A stretch of DNA of 64,000 nucleotides from Vicugna vicugna (lineage: Eukaryota): contig MU059781.1 in assembly GCA_013265495.1 (NCBI GenBank), forward strand, positions 1,773,667 through 1,837,666, in the 5' to 3' direction. Position 1 is the stretch's first letter; each line of letters starts with the position of its first letter. Below the pieces are notes generated by a model. It was not told the origin of the DNA, ran no database searches, and worked only from the letters and a program-made list of their open reading frames with translations. The position numbers and the translations under genes were made by a program. Shown piece after piece: positions 43,301 through 56,700 of this stretch.

Positions 43301-46300
43301 AGTGGTGTTAAGTACATTCACAATATTGTGCAACCATGACCATCATCCATTTCTAGAAATTTTCATCATCCAAAACAGAAACCATAAGAGCTCCCCTTTC
43401 TTCCATCCCCCAGCCCCTGGTCAACCTCTTTTCTAGCTTCTGGCTCTATGAATTTACCTATTCTAGGCACCTCGTTTAAATGGGATCATACAGTATTTGG
43501 TTTTTTTTGTGACTGGTTTATTTCACTTGGCATAATGTCTGCAAGCTTCATCCATGAAGTAGCATGTGTCAACATTTCCCTTTTTAAGGCTGAATAATAT
43601 TCCATTGTGTATGTAACACATTTGGTTTATTCATTCATCCATTGATGGCATTCTTCATACTTTATTGCTTTTTTTTGTGGGTGGAGGAGGGGGAATGACT
43701 AGTCAAACCAGGAAAAGTAAAAAATTCTCAAGATTCTTTTCCTGGAAGAAGTGGTCCTCGACAGAAGTTTGAGACCCACTAGACAGAGTTGGCCCTTGAA
43801 TTCGCATGATGCTAGGTGCCACCCATCTCAGAAGGTCCATGATAGTATCCCTTTTTTGTCCCCTTGCTCAATTTTCTAGAGACTTTTTCACCTCCGTCCC
43901 CTGGACTTCCTTTGGTGGTCTCACAGCCACACACATGGTGTCAGCTCAGTTAAGCTTCAGATCCCCATGTCCTAGTTTGCAGTGGGTCTTGTGGTTCATA
44001 ACTGCTGTCCCAGCTCAGGATTTCCAGTTACCATGTGCCCTCGGCAAAGGGGTGTTACCAGACAGCTGGCAGCAAGGAGCCAGCACCAGTGTTCCTTTGT
44101 GTGTGCTTGGGCTGGGTCTGTGTTTGCTGTGGCCATGTTTCCTGCTTGGCTTTGCTTTTTGATTATGTCACTAGAGAACCACAGCCCAGCTTTGCTGTGT
44201 CACCAAGCAGAGAGAGAGCAGAGGTCAGGCTTTACTGAAAAAGGAAGCAACAGCAGGAAGACGGTTTTGCATCCCCGACATCATCATGGTTGGGGATTAT
44301 AATGATGGGGCTGGAGGGCAAGCCCCAAATTGCTCCTTAATAGCATTCACCATAGAGAGCTCATTTAGACTGTCCTTGTGGGCTGGAGCACAGCAGAATC
44401 CCTGATTCCCCCTGGCCACGTCATGTATTGACACCACCAAGTGGCCCGATGGAACCATTCTCCTCCCAGGATGTTTGCCCAGCAACTGGTTGTTATCACT
44501 GGGTATTGGGTGCTGCCCTGGAAGCCTCTGTCTTGAGAAAGACAGCCCTGGTTTTCAGCCACAAGCTTGTCATTATATGGTGGCTACTGCTGTTGCCAAG
44601 TCATTGCAGAACATTGAAGTGATTTTTCTAGCAGCATTGGAAGTCCTGTGCCGAAGGCTTTCTGTAGTTCCAAAACGTGAGCCTTAAAGCACATTGTGAC
44701 CTGTTTCAGCTGACTGGACGTCTGGTAGCACAGCACAGCGAGACCATGGCACTGTATTAGATTCCAGAACCACGGCTGAGGACACTCAGGTGTGATTTCA
44801 CTGGAGACTTTAGATGCCATCTGCTGGCTCCTGTACGACTAGGCTCCATGTTTAAATAAAAACATTTTGATATATTGTGGGAGACAGCTTACTTGGTTCT
44901 TTTGCAGCAGAGTTGGTTTGAAAAGCAACATAAAACCTTCACTATATCATGTGCATTTTGTATACTTTACAGCATTTTGGTAATAAAAAATGGAAAGGGT
45001 TTGTAATAAAAAAAATGGAAAGGGTTTGTCAGATTGTGAAAATGAAAATAAATTAAATAAATAAATACATACATAAATACATTTTGAAAGTGATCTTTAA
45101 CCTACTTACTACTTTTTATCCACTATATATAAGAGAGAAAAATTGACTCTCAACGTTTTCAAATATGAAAAATTCTAAGTTAAAAAAACCTGTGCCATAA
45201 TACCTTTGTGCAGAGATTTCTGACAGATAAAGAACCCCTCACCCCTAAATTTTCCATTGAGAGTCTTTGCTGGAGAACCATAACTACTACTTTTGATAAA
45301 ACCTCCAAATTAACTCAGCCCAGTCCCTAAATAAATGAGCCAGTCAATTCGGGACACAATTGTACTTCTTTTTAATGATTGGTTATTTATTGGTTTTTAA
45401 GTGAGCTAGCCCACCTTCATCAAAGCTACTGGTGGTTAGAATTTCCCAAATAGTGTTGTAATGTATTGATATTTCCTTTTGAGTGACTCTTGTAGTTTTA
45501 TAAAAAGTCATCTTTGCTCACAGAGGAAAGTTAGCACTCAGATTCTTGTGTTTTTGTTTTTCTTTCCCATTGTTTTCTCTCCAGAAGAATGCCTTACATA
45601 TATACGTGTGTGTTAGAAATTACTTTTTGTGAATAATAAAACCAACTTTCAAAAATTCCTTAGGAAACGTGCTGAGAGCCACTGAGGGGATATAATAGTG
45701 AATAGAATCTGGTTGGTGTTGACATGGTGCTTGGGTTGTACCTGGGAGGCATCCCAGAGGCCAGGATTGGTAAAGGGACAGGGTTTTTTTTTTTTTCCAG
45801 CTTTATTGAAGTATCATTGGCAAATAAAATTTTAAGTTATTTACAGTGTACATTGTGGTGATTTGATATACGTATACATTGTGAAACATTCACACCATCT
45901 AGTTAATTAACACATCCATCAACTCACATAGTTATCTTTTTTTTGTACGAACGTTTAAGTTCCACTCTCTTAGCAAATCTCAACTATAAATACAATGTTA
46001 TCAACTGTAGTCACCATATTACACATTAGATCCTCATAGGATACATTATTCATCATTCATGAATAATCAATGTACATTATTCATCTTGTAGCTGAAACTT
46101 TGTGCCCTTTCACCAGACTCTCTCTGTTTCTATGAGTTTGACTGTATTAAAAAAGATTCCACATATAAGTGATACCATGCAGTATTTGCCTTTCTCAGGA
46201 CGGGGATTTTTTTGACCTTTGATGCCTGCAGGGCATGCCCACACCACTCAGTGCATAGGAATCTGCTGAACTCACTGTTTGTCATAGACCGCATTGTGTA

Positions 46301-47724
46301 TAGCTGTCCCTCTGTGTCCATACAGCCCTTTCTGACCTCTTAAGTCAATGGTATGAAGTGTTAACCTCCCGGACCGGAGATCAAAGGTGTTATGTCTTGC
46401 ACATTAGCTTGAATTGGCAGTCCCTCACGGACTATGCACGGGCAAGATGCTTGAACTGGGTTTTCTTTCTCATATCTATTAGAAATGAGATGTGGACCTC
46501 TTCTATCCTACCTCAGTTAGTATTCGGGGACCTGGGTGACCTCTATTTATTTTTCTTTTTTCATTTTTGGACTGTGTTTCTTAGTACTAACATCTCTGCT
46601 CTGTGCCATCCTGGCTGCCTGTCTCCTAAACTCACTTAGCCGCACATCCAGCCCCGCTCCTCCCCCGGATTGGGGTGAGGCGCCCGAGGGTGCCGCAGCT
46701 CGTAAGTTCCAGACGTTGGGACCCAGGCTGCCTTACTCTGAATCAGGGTTTGCAAACAAGAACCGGAGAGGAAACATTATAGGCTTTGTGGGCCATACGC
46801 TCTCTGTCACAACTACTCAACTCTGCTGTTGTAGTGGAAAAACAGCCATAGACAAGGTAAACAGACAGGTGTGGCTGTGTGACAATAAAATGCTATTTCA
46901 GCAACAGGCAGCAGGTGGGACTTGGCCTATAGGCTGCTGTCTGCTAACTCCTGCTCTGAGTGATCCTCGGTGAGACACAGTGTCAACAAGGGTTCTTGGG
47001 TTCAAGTAATATTAGGGCTGGACTTTGTCATGGGAGGATGGCCCTCTCTGAGTCAGGGAGAGAGTAAAGATTGAAGGAGAAAGGTCTGAGAGGGCGTAAG
47101 ACTCCTTGAGGACCATATCCACCAGTAATGGACCAAAAAGTTGAAATCAGGCATCTTCTATAAGCAGGGAGTTAATATATGCAGAAGTCCTTATAAACTG
47201 TAAAGTGAATACTGACTTTACAGTTGTAAGGTGTGTTACTGTTTTAGGCAGTGCCAGTCAGTAGTCAACCTGTGAGCCCTGGTATCTTGGTCATGTGTTC
47301 TTTTCATGTTTGGAAACTGCTTCTGGGTCACTAGGTGTCAGCATCACTCTGAGAATTTTCAAGAATTCAGCTCAAGGATCCTGCCAGGCTCCCAGGAATA
47401 GATTAACTGAGTGTTTTCAGGGAGCAGATGTTCCCTCAATAATGCATGCTCTATTTGAAAAACAAGTGACTTAATTTAATTAGCCTTCATCTCAATAACA
47501 AGAGTTTTAAGATTTCATGCCAAGAGACTATTGTTAGCTTCTTGTAAAATGCTTCATTCATCAGGATTCTTAGGGATGGTGGCGTGTGCACAAGCAAAAA
47601 GACAGAAAGTACACACGATGCAGAGAAGATGCAACGTTTGTGCTTATGGATCATATAAGACAAATTCCGTATCACCAGTGTGTTCAAAGCAGACCCTGTA
47701 GCAAGTAGTTCTTCCATAGATCTC

Positions 47725-47760
<36 letters not shown>

Positions 47761-50700
47761 CAATGGCTCAGCAGTTCCCCAGAGGCTCCTGCACCACAGA
47801 GACGCGAGATTCTGCCAGGACCTTCTCGGGATTTAACCCTGTCTTGCTTCCTTTGATGGCACATAGGACAATGAAAGATTAAACCAGTACAGGAGACGCA
47901 GGTGGTGCCACCTTATGAATTAAAGGTGGAGAGGAGGTGCCCTGGTGGCACGTGCCTCATTTGTTCCTTACCTGCAGGCCCAGGCTGCTGGCTGTCCCGG
48001 AATCCTGCAGAGTTAGAGCTGCAGTGGAGGGCATCTCAGTCAGCTCAGGCTGCTGTCACAAAATACCTTTAGTCCAACTAGACCCACGTGTATTTTTCCT
48101 GGTTAAAGTTATTCCTTTGTATTTTAAGGCAGAGGGGTTAAAAGCAAGATGTTCCCTGTTTCCTTTCTGTCATGGCCACGGCCACGGCCACGGCCACTCG
48201 GATACCCGGATGTCTCTTGGAGTAGATGCGTGGCAGGAGTTTTCCTTGTTTAAGAGGGAGAGGAGCACACGTGTCTGGGGCCTCACTGACCTTAATTCCG
48301 AAGTCCCGGGCCTGCCGCAGCTGGGCCGGCTGCTGTTCCACTCGGTGCCCACCCGCCTGCCTCTCTGCAGCGTGGGCTCTGGGCTTCCTTCTAGTGCCCT
48401 GCGGGCCACAGGCCTGGATCCTGTCTCCCTTGACCCTGGATGTCTAGTGGGAAAGCCTTTTCCTAGAAGAGTGGCAACTGGCTGATGTTAGCTTGACCCG
48501 TTAGGATAGAGACTGGCATCTTCCATCCTCTGTTGGCACTTTTGTTGGAAGTGCAGACGTCCGATTGCAGCAGGAGTAGTCATAACAGAATGTTCTCAGA
48601 TAATTAGCTACGTGGTCTGCTCCCAGAGCAAAATCACATTGTGTTTGCAGCTTATTTATTTATATGTCAGTGTCTCCCATTAGATGATGAGGTTGTCAAC
48701 TGAAATAAAGTGCACAACCTAAGAGCTGAGAGTTGTTTTATTCAGCGGACTTCTGAGGACTCGAGCCTGGGAGGCAGCCTCTCAGATCGCTCTAAGAGAC
48801 TGTTCCAGAGTGGCTAGGTCGAAGCTAGGATACATGAGTTTTTGCAACAAAGACCAGGTAGTCGGATCATCAAAAGATTACTATTAATTAGAGAAAACCA
48901 GATATCTCAAGTTAAGGAATTTAGCACTTTTCTATGTTTGGGAAGGTATGAAGGTCTGGGCTCATTGAAATCATTCCTTTGATATACACCTAGCTATTTA
49001 GGGCCAGTATCCTGTTCTTCCACATCCTGAGTGCCCTTAGGGTGCACAGTTGGGGGTGGCTGCAGAAACGGGCTGCCCTCTTCTCCATATCCTGAGTTCC
49101 CTCCACTCGCTGCAGGGGCAGGGGGAATGGGTGAAAGGTTGAGGGGGTGGCGGTAGCAACAGATGACATGATGGCCACAGCATTCTTTGTTTACTGATAC
49201 GGCTGGCAGTATTTTTCATTCACAAGGTCCTTGAGGGTAAAGGGTGAGAGGGGGTTAAAAGCATGGTTTTGAGTCAGACCTGAATTCAGATTGTGGCTTT
49301 GCCATTACCAACTCTTCTGACCAGAGACAGATTACTTCAACTCTTTGTGCCTCCCTTTCCTCATCTCATACGACGGGGATAATAATAAATAATACTTTCC
49401 TCGTGAGATTGTTGTGCAGGTTTTAAAAAGATCCCAGCGTAGGAAACATTTAGCTGGTCTGTAGCGAGGACTCAGAAAATGTCCACAATGATGCTGCTTT
49501 TAATATTAACTCTGGTGCTGGGAGCACCTTGCATGTTGCTATGAGTTTGGGCTGAATGAATGTATACTGGAAGTAGGGTTCGGAGGCCTTACTAGAGACT
49601 AGAAGTGTTTTCATGCCGGGTTCCCTGGGAAGTTGTACAAAAGCAGGTCTGATGAGGGATGGAGCATCTGCCATGCTAATAAAATTGACAAACAACATTT
49701 CTGGAACAGGCTTCATCCCAGGAGAGCAGTTCACTGAGTTAGTTGGGATTATTATTTTATATCCTGCTGGAATGGTTTCATTAGTTTATATCTATTATTA
49801 GAATGACTCCGGGAACTTGAATTAGAGAACCAAACGCATTTGTAACTGATGAAGGAAGCAAGTTGCACCCTCGGTGATATGTACTCTGTGTACAGAAACT
49901 GGGATTTTGCCTTTCTTAAGGAGATCAAGATTCTTAACTGTGTTGAAACCAGTTCTTGGTGTGGCCACAATTGAATCAAAGAAACGTGCCCTCCAGAAGT
50001 CCTTAGAGAGTCCCTGAACTGGCATCTCAGGTTAATGGTTGAGGTTAATGGTTGAGGCTCAGCACGTGGCCACCTGGCTCACAGACTCTCTTCAATTCTG
50101 TCCTTTGACACTGTGGTTCTGTTCGTGGTTCCATAAAGCTGTTTGATACATTGCCTAGGTAACCAGCCTTTAAAAAAATTTTAAAATAATTTGGCATGGA
50201 TTCAAAGCCTTCAGCTACTTACATTCTGAAGAATGCTGTTCACTTCCCCCTTAAAAAAAAAAATCAGAACTCTCCTCTCTTCCAACCTGCAGGAAGCCCT
50301 TTCCTTCTCTAGCTTACCTGTGCCCGATGGTGGGATCAGTAATACCATATGGTTGGCCAAGTGATGAGCTGTGGGCAGGATGGCTTAGTAAGCCTCCATC
50401 CCTCTCAGTGACACAGACTGAGTCACGCTTCGCAAGTCACCTAGGGATGTTTCGACAACCCCGGGGGCTATATTTGGTGAATGGGAAGGGTCATACTTTC
50501 CAGCGGGGTCTTTTGGACATAAGTAACGAAAGTATTATGGTCTCTTTCCCTGTTTCCAGATCTGCTGTTTCGACATGGCTTCCTGCTTCAGTGCTCTTTG
50601 TGGGTGTGATCTATGCTGGTTCCAGAGCATTGTCTCGACTGGTAAGTGGTTAGAGGTTTTGGAGGGACGGTCCCTCTCTTCTCTTCCCCTTCGCCTTGTC

Positions 50701-53700
50701 ACTTGTTGTGTCTCAGATCAGCAGAAGACGAAGCACCAGCTTTAGCGGTGGTACAGCTAGATGTGGAGCCTCCTCTCCTTGAATTGTAGATAATCAGATA
50801 ACAGGGAAGGCTCAACTCGTTTTACAAAGTGAAGCGGCACAGATGGAGACGCAGGAAGACAGGGTAGTGATATTTGTAGAGCCTGCTGTATCCGGGGCCA
50901 GCCTGCTCTGCCTAAATGCAGCCAGTCCTTGAGAGCAGGGACGGGACGCTCTGTCTGCTCTTTGCTTCCAGGGAACTATGACTCTGCCCATGGGTACCAG
51001 TCACGCAGCCTGGGGCATGCTGGGCTCAGTCGTGGGTGCAAATGCTTGGTGCAGCACTGATGCCCAGGACACGAGAACGCTCGTGAAACAAGCGTCCATT
51101 CTGTCCTCCCACCCCAGCCTCTGGGATTGAGCTCCTCAAAGGAGGGGACTGTGAAGAGTGAATTTTTTTCCAGTTGCATTATATATTATATGGAACTCCA
51201 AAAATTTAGTTATTTTTCCATCAGAAGAGAATCCATAAATATCACCATTGACCAGAAACTCAGCACATAACTTAAAAATCAGTAATGGTAGTAATGCCTC
51301 TTCCAATTTACACCCGAATTGCTAACTGTTTTTATCTATCAGAAAATGATTGTGTTCTGACGTTTGAAGAAAACGTGAAAATTTCAAACAGTTTAGTCTT
51401 TTACTGTAAAGATTGTTGTTATGTTGGCCCTTAGATCTCGGCTATGAAAACAGCAAAAACAAACAAAATCTGCCTCGCTAGATAAGAATAGTGTTATTGG
51501 GACAACTCCAAAGTTGCCAGATAGCAGTTGAGAATTAATAGTGGTAATTTCGAAATTAAATCATCATTTTTCTTTCATGATTCATAAGCCTGAGTAGATG
51601 GGATGATGTGTGCGATGAGGGAGAAAATGGCCTGGGTGGACCTAAGAAATGAACCACAGTGCGTGTTGATGCTGAGCCCAGAACAAAAGGCGGGGCTGGC
51701 TCTCTGTCTGCCCTCTGGCCGGCAGGGGGAGCTTCCTCTCCTAGAGCAGAGTATAGTATGTGATATGAAAAACAAAACAACAGCAACAACCATCTGTTGT
51801 TATTGAAAGACTTCAAAAAAATTTTTTATAGGATCTGGATAGTTATGGATGCTAGGATTTTGAAGTTTGAACAAGTAAGGTGTTGTGCTAGTAATGATAC
51901 TGTTTTTTTGTTTGTACAGTGCTTTTCCGTATGTTTCCAGAATGATTTCCTTTCTGTGTGATTCTCACAGTCACCTAACAGGTGAAGCAGATGTTAATCA
52001 CCTGACAGAGGAAGGAACTCAGGTGTGGGAAGTCTTGGTAACCTGCCTCTAGTCCCAGAAAATGGCAGCTCTTCTGACTCCCCACCTTTTGCTTTTTCAG
52101 ATTTGTCTCTTTAGGATTAATGTTTATGAATTTTAGAACGAGCCTAGGGTATAGTAGTCATACCTAACTTGATACTTCTGTTTGCAAGTGTTAGAAAGCT
52201 CACCAAATGCGCTAAGCAAAAGGGAAATTTCCTGGTTCACATTAACGAAAAGTCATAGGGTAGAAACTGCTTCAGGCATGGCTTGATCCAGAGGTTCCAG
52301 TGACCTACTTAGAATCCTTTCAGTTCTGCTCTCTGTCTTTGCTTCATTTCACAGCCAGGCTCTCCCCTCATGGGTGTTGTTGACTCCAGGCTTACTTCCT
52401 CACAACTTTAATGGAACAAGACTGTCTCCCTTGTAGCTTCTACATGAGTCCCAGGCTTAACTCTGATTTCATCAGTCAAGGCCACTGCCCATCCCAGATC
52501 TAAAAGCTGACCAGGAAGATGGAATTATGCTGATTGGCTGGCCCTGAATCATGACCATTCACTGTGACCAGAGAGACTCAGAGCACTGTCTGGCCAGCCC
52601 CAGTCATACAGGATCCCCACCTGGACCCATGACTGAGAAAGGGTGAGTCAGAGTCTCAGTATTGGGGCTTTACCAAAGGAAGGGATAGGGAGACGAGGCG
52701 GCCAAAAACCACTCAAAAGTCCATTGTAAATGTCAGTCTGGCAGTCTCCGGCAGATGGAGAGGTCTATGACCTGGAACAGTGCTTCACAAAGTGTGGTCC
52801 ACAGGTGGTGATGGTCTGTGAGCTCCCTGTTGCTTGTCTGTAAGGAGATTGTGCCAGAACGCACATCAAGCCTGGCACTAAAGAGACTATTTAGTTGAGC
52901 TGACACTTTTTAAAATATTTATTTATTTTATTTTGGGGGGAAAGGTCATTAGGTCTATTTATTTATTTTAGTTGTTGTTGTTGTTTTTTAATGGAAGTAC
53001 TGGGGATTGAACCTAGGACCTCATGCGTGCTAAGCACGTGCTCTACCACTGAGCTGTACCCTCCTCCCTCCACCTCAGCTAACTTTTTTTTTCCACAGCA
53101 AGACCTTTTGAAGAAGGAAGCAATGCACTGATTTACATTCTGAAATAAGCTCCTGGTCTTCTGGGGATACCACACTTGAGTGGCCCTGGCCTAGAGCACA
53201 GACTTCTTTCATAGGCAGAAAGAAGCTGCTGCAATTCACACTCTGAGGAAAGGGAAACTGAGTACACCTGATTGCAGTGGGAGGCAGACGGAAAGGAGAC
53301 ACTTATTAGAGTTTGTTTTTTTTAATGAAATAACTCAACCCAGCATCTTTTCTTGGGTTTCTGAGGTTTTTGTTTTTACATAGTTGCTTAAAAATTTACA
53401 GAGTGGATTAAACATGAGGCACTCATACAGCTGGTGTTAGATAGAAAACAGGCGTCAATATGCTGGTGCCAAGCTGTCAGTTTCATGAATCCACAAGGAA
53501 CTAGGGGAAAAGTGATCAGTTAAAATCTGTGGGTGTATTGTTATGCAAAACCCGAAGTTGCTCCGCTCCATAAAGACCTCCTTTATCTGACAAGACTTTG
53601 AAGCTCTGTTCTTCTGATGTGACTCCTGAGCGGAAGCTGATTTAACTCTGCAAAGGCAGGGTGGGGACAGCTCTTTATTGATTTTTCCACCTCAAACTCA

Positions 53701-56700
53701 CAACTGAATGATAGAGTTAAGGGAAGGAGATTATTCTTGTGGTTGTCCATTCAGCAAATATTTATTGAGGCTCTAATACTGGAGGTTTTAAGATGAATAA
53801 GACCTGCTTCTTGACCTTGAAGAACTTCAAGGGGAATCCATGAGAGACACATAGCTCACCATGGGAACCGCCACCGTGAATATTCAGTGTCATTTATGTG
53901 CCAGGCAATTCCTAGTGCTGACCCTCATGACGTACCCAGTCGGGGTTAACTCCTCCCGTTTATAGATGGAGAAACCGAGATGCAAATTATTTGGCCAGTC
54001 GCCAAGCAGTAAATGTTAAAGCAGAGATGCCAGCTCTAGCCTGTCCAGCCATCATGGTTCACCCCCAGCGCTTCCCCTCCTTCCTTCCTCAGTCACAGCA
54101 ACCAAAGGAGGTCAGCCCATCAAAACTGAGCGAAGAGGAAGGGAGAGAAGCTGCGTGTCCTCCCTTCTACTCGGGCTAATTCGGATCTGCTTCTCCAGCT
54201 TGTCCCACCCTGAATAAGGTCACAGTGATGATGGCCGATGGCATGAGTATCAGTCTTTGGAGGGACAGTACAACTTCAACCAGTCATTAGTACTCTTATT
54301 ATAATTTCCCTGCCAGAAGCCTTCTCAGCTGGACAGGATTGCCTCAAAGCCTGTGTGGGTGAGTGTTTAGAACAGACGTGCAAATTCACACATTAGGGAG
54401 CTGGCTGGGGAGAGGCCATCCCAGGGTTGGTGATTTGGCTGCTCAAACCAAAATCTGCTGTCTTCTTGCTTAGGGTCAGCAGTCGGAAGTCTCTGCAAAT
54501 CTAAAGGGAGGCGTCTTGACAGGCCTGGACTTGGTTTCTGACCCAGCACTTTGGTCTTAATCCTTCTCTAACTGCTTGTCAGGGTTTGTGTCTTCACGAG
54601 CACAGCATTCACTCAGCGCATTGGAGGAGAGATTGGATGGGAGTGTTGGTGAAGAAACACACGGATGATTAGACTTGTGTGGAGGAAAATTACTCAAGCA
54701 AACTGGAGCCCGTGGGTTCGCTCCTCCTTTGTTTGGCTCCAATGTCATATAAGGGGTCTTGGAGGCTCAGGGAGAAGAACGTAAGTGTTCATGTTGAATG
54801 GAGACCCTTCTCTGACGCTCCCTGTTACTGCTGATTAGAGACAGCTCTCTTCTTTCACGTTGTTTTCTTATCAGAGGTGATCAGAGTCCAATTGCAAGGA
54901 TTACTTAAGGTGTGGGCTCAGAGGCAAAATAATAAGCCCCTCCTCTTATCTTCTTGCTCCGTCTGAAGATGTTTTCCGTAACCCTTATAAAATGACTTAT
55001 TAAAACTGGGGTCTGAGGCAGAAAGTTCATGGCACTGGATTTAGCAGATTGCTCCGGGGCTAAAACCACTGCCCCCAGGTTACGTGGCTCCCTTCCACTC
55101 AGAACATTTATTTCTGGCATGCATGATTTTGATAAAAAGTAGGCAGCCAACAGTTCAAAGGTACATTCTTTGGCCAGGGCCTGGCAAGCAATGATTCCAT
55201 GTTGTAGATGAAGGTCACATCCACATATTTAAAAATCACCCAAATTAACGGTAGGGTTGACCTTCTTCTACAAAAATTAAGAAGCTGACCCAGGACTTGA
55301 CTAAGGGAGTCATCCACACGCCTGCAGAGTGACCCCAGGCTGTGCATGTGGGCAGGGCCAGGATTTTCCATGGAGAGCCGTTTTAAGTCAGTTCCAACAC
55401 CTGAACAAATAACAATCAAGCCTTGAAAATTTCACTCTGGGAAGCATGGGAATAATGAAGAATCTTAAGTAATAATTACCAATTTCTCTCAACAACCAGA
55501 GAAGAATTTTCAATGGTTCATGGATGAAATGTTGAATTTTAAGTGAATGGACTCTTAAGAATAAATTAGTTGCAGATTGTGCCCCTAAATGACTGAATGA
55601 CTTGGACGGCAGTGTAGTTGACTATGGTCAATTACATTTTGTGTCAAAAATGATTATTTGGGCTTCACGATAGTTGATCTTGGGCCATTTTTCCTGATGA
55701 AAGATGGTGAGACCTTTTATTATTGTGTCTGGACCCTTGACGATGTGGAGGAACATACTTGTTTTTCTTGTCTCTTTAGCAGAAAGCTAGCGTCTAGATG
55801 ATCTAAAAGTGATTTCAGCTTATTAATGGGGAGGTTGAAAAAGAGAGCCAAGATATATCCCTCCTTTTTCTCATCCGTGTAATGGGGATGTTAATAGTAT
55901 CTACCTTGCAGAGTTAGGATGATGATTAAATGTGTAAAAGCAGTCAGAACAAGGTCTGGCACATAATAAACATTCAGTATATCTTAGCTATTATTATGGT
56001 GATGATCATTTCTCAGAACTTCTATCTGATTTCACAAAATCAAGTTCTGTTGATCCTCACTCCATAAAGATAAAGGGCAGGTTTTCTAAAATAATCAGTT
56101 GCTGGGGGTCTCCTGAACTAATAACATAGTTCATACTGGAGCTTGGTGCACAGAGGTGGAGGCCAAGGGAAAATCAGTAATGAAAGTTGCAAACTGCCTT
56201 AAGACGATTTTTGATAGCTCTCTGGGGAGGCTGAATAAAAGTCAGTTATAGGATTACTGTTTCTAGAACCTGCTAGTTCCTCAGTTGACAAAATGGCTTG
56301 AGAGATTCAGATTTAAAACTTCTTAAGAGAAATGGAAGATATCCCTTTAAAAATGGCATAGAGTTTACTCCAGGTTCATCCATTTTAGATCATAGCATTT
56401 TTATTGCTGGGGGCGGCGGACTGGCAGGATTTGGAATACACAGTCATATTGGTCTTTGCACAGTCGTAGGCCCAGAAGGTTTACACTGGGGCTTGCCGTA
56501 ATTTGGGTCCTAAAACATCGAGGCTGGGAGCATGGGCTTTGCCATTAGACAGCCCTGGGTTGGAGTCATAGAGTCATACCCTGAATGAGCCCGGGGCTTG
56601 CCAGCAAGCTGCCTGATCGCTCTAAGCTTCAGTGTCCTTGTCTCTAAGTCAGGGTGGCAGCATCTGCAGTTAGAGTTGTTGGGAGAAGGTTTAAATGCAG

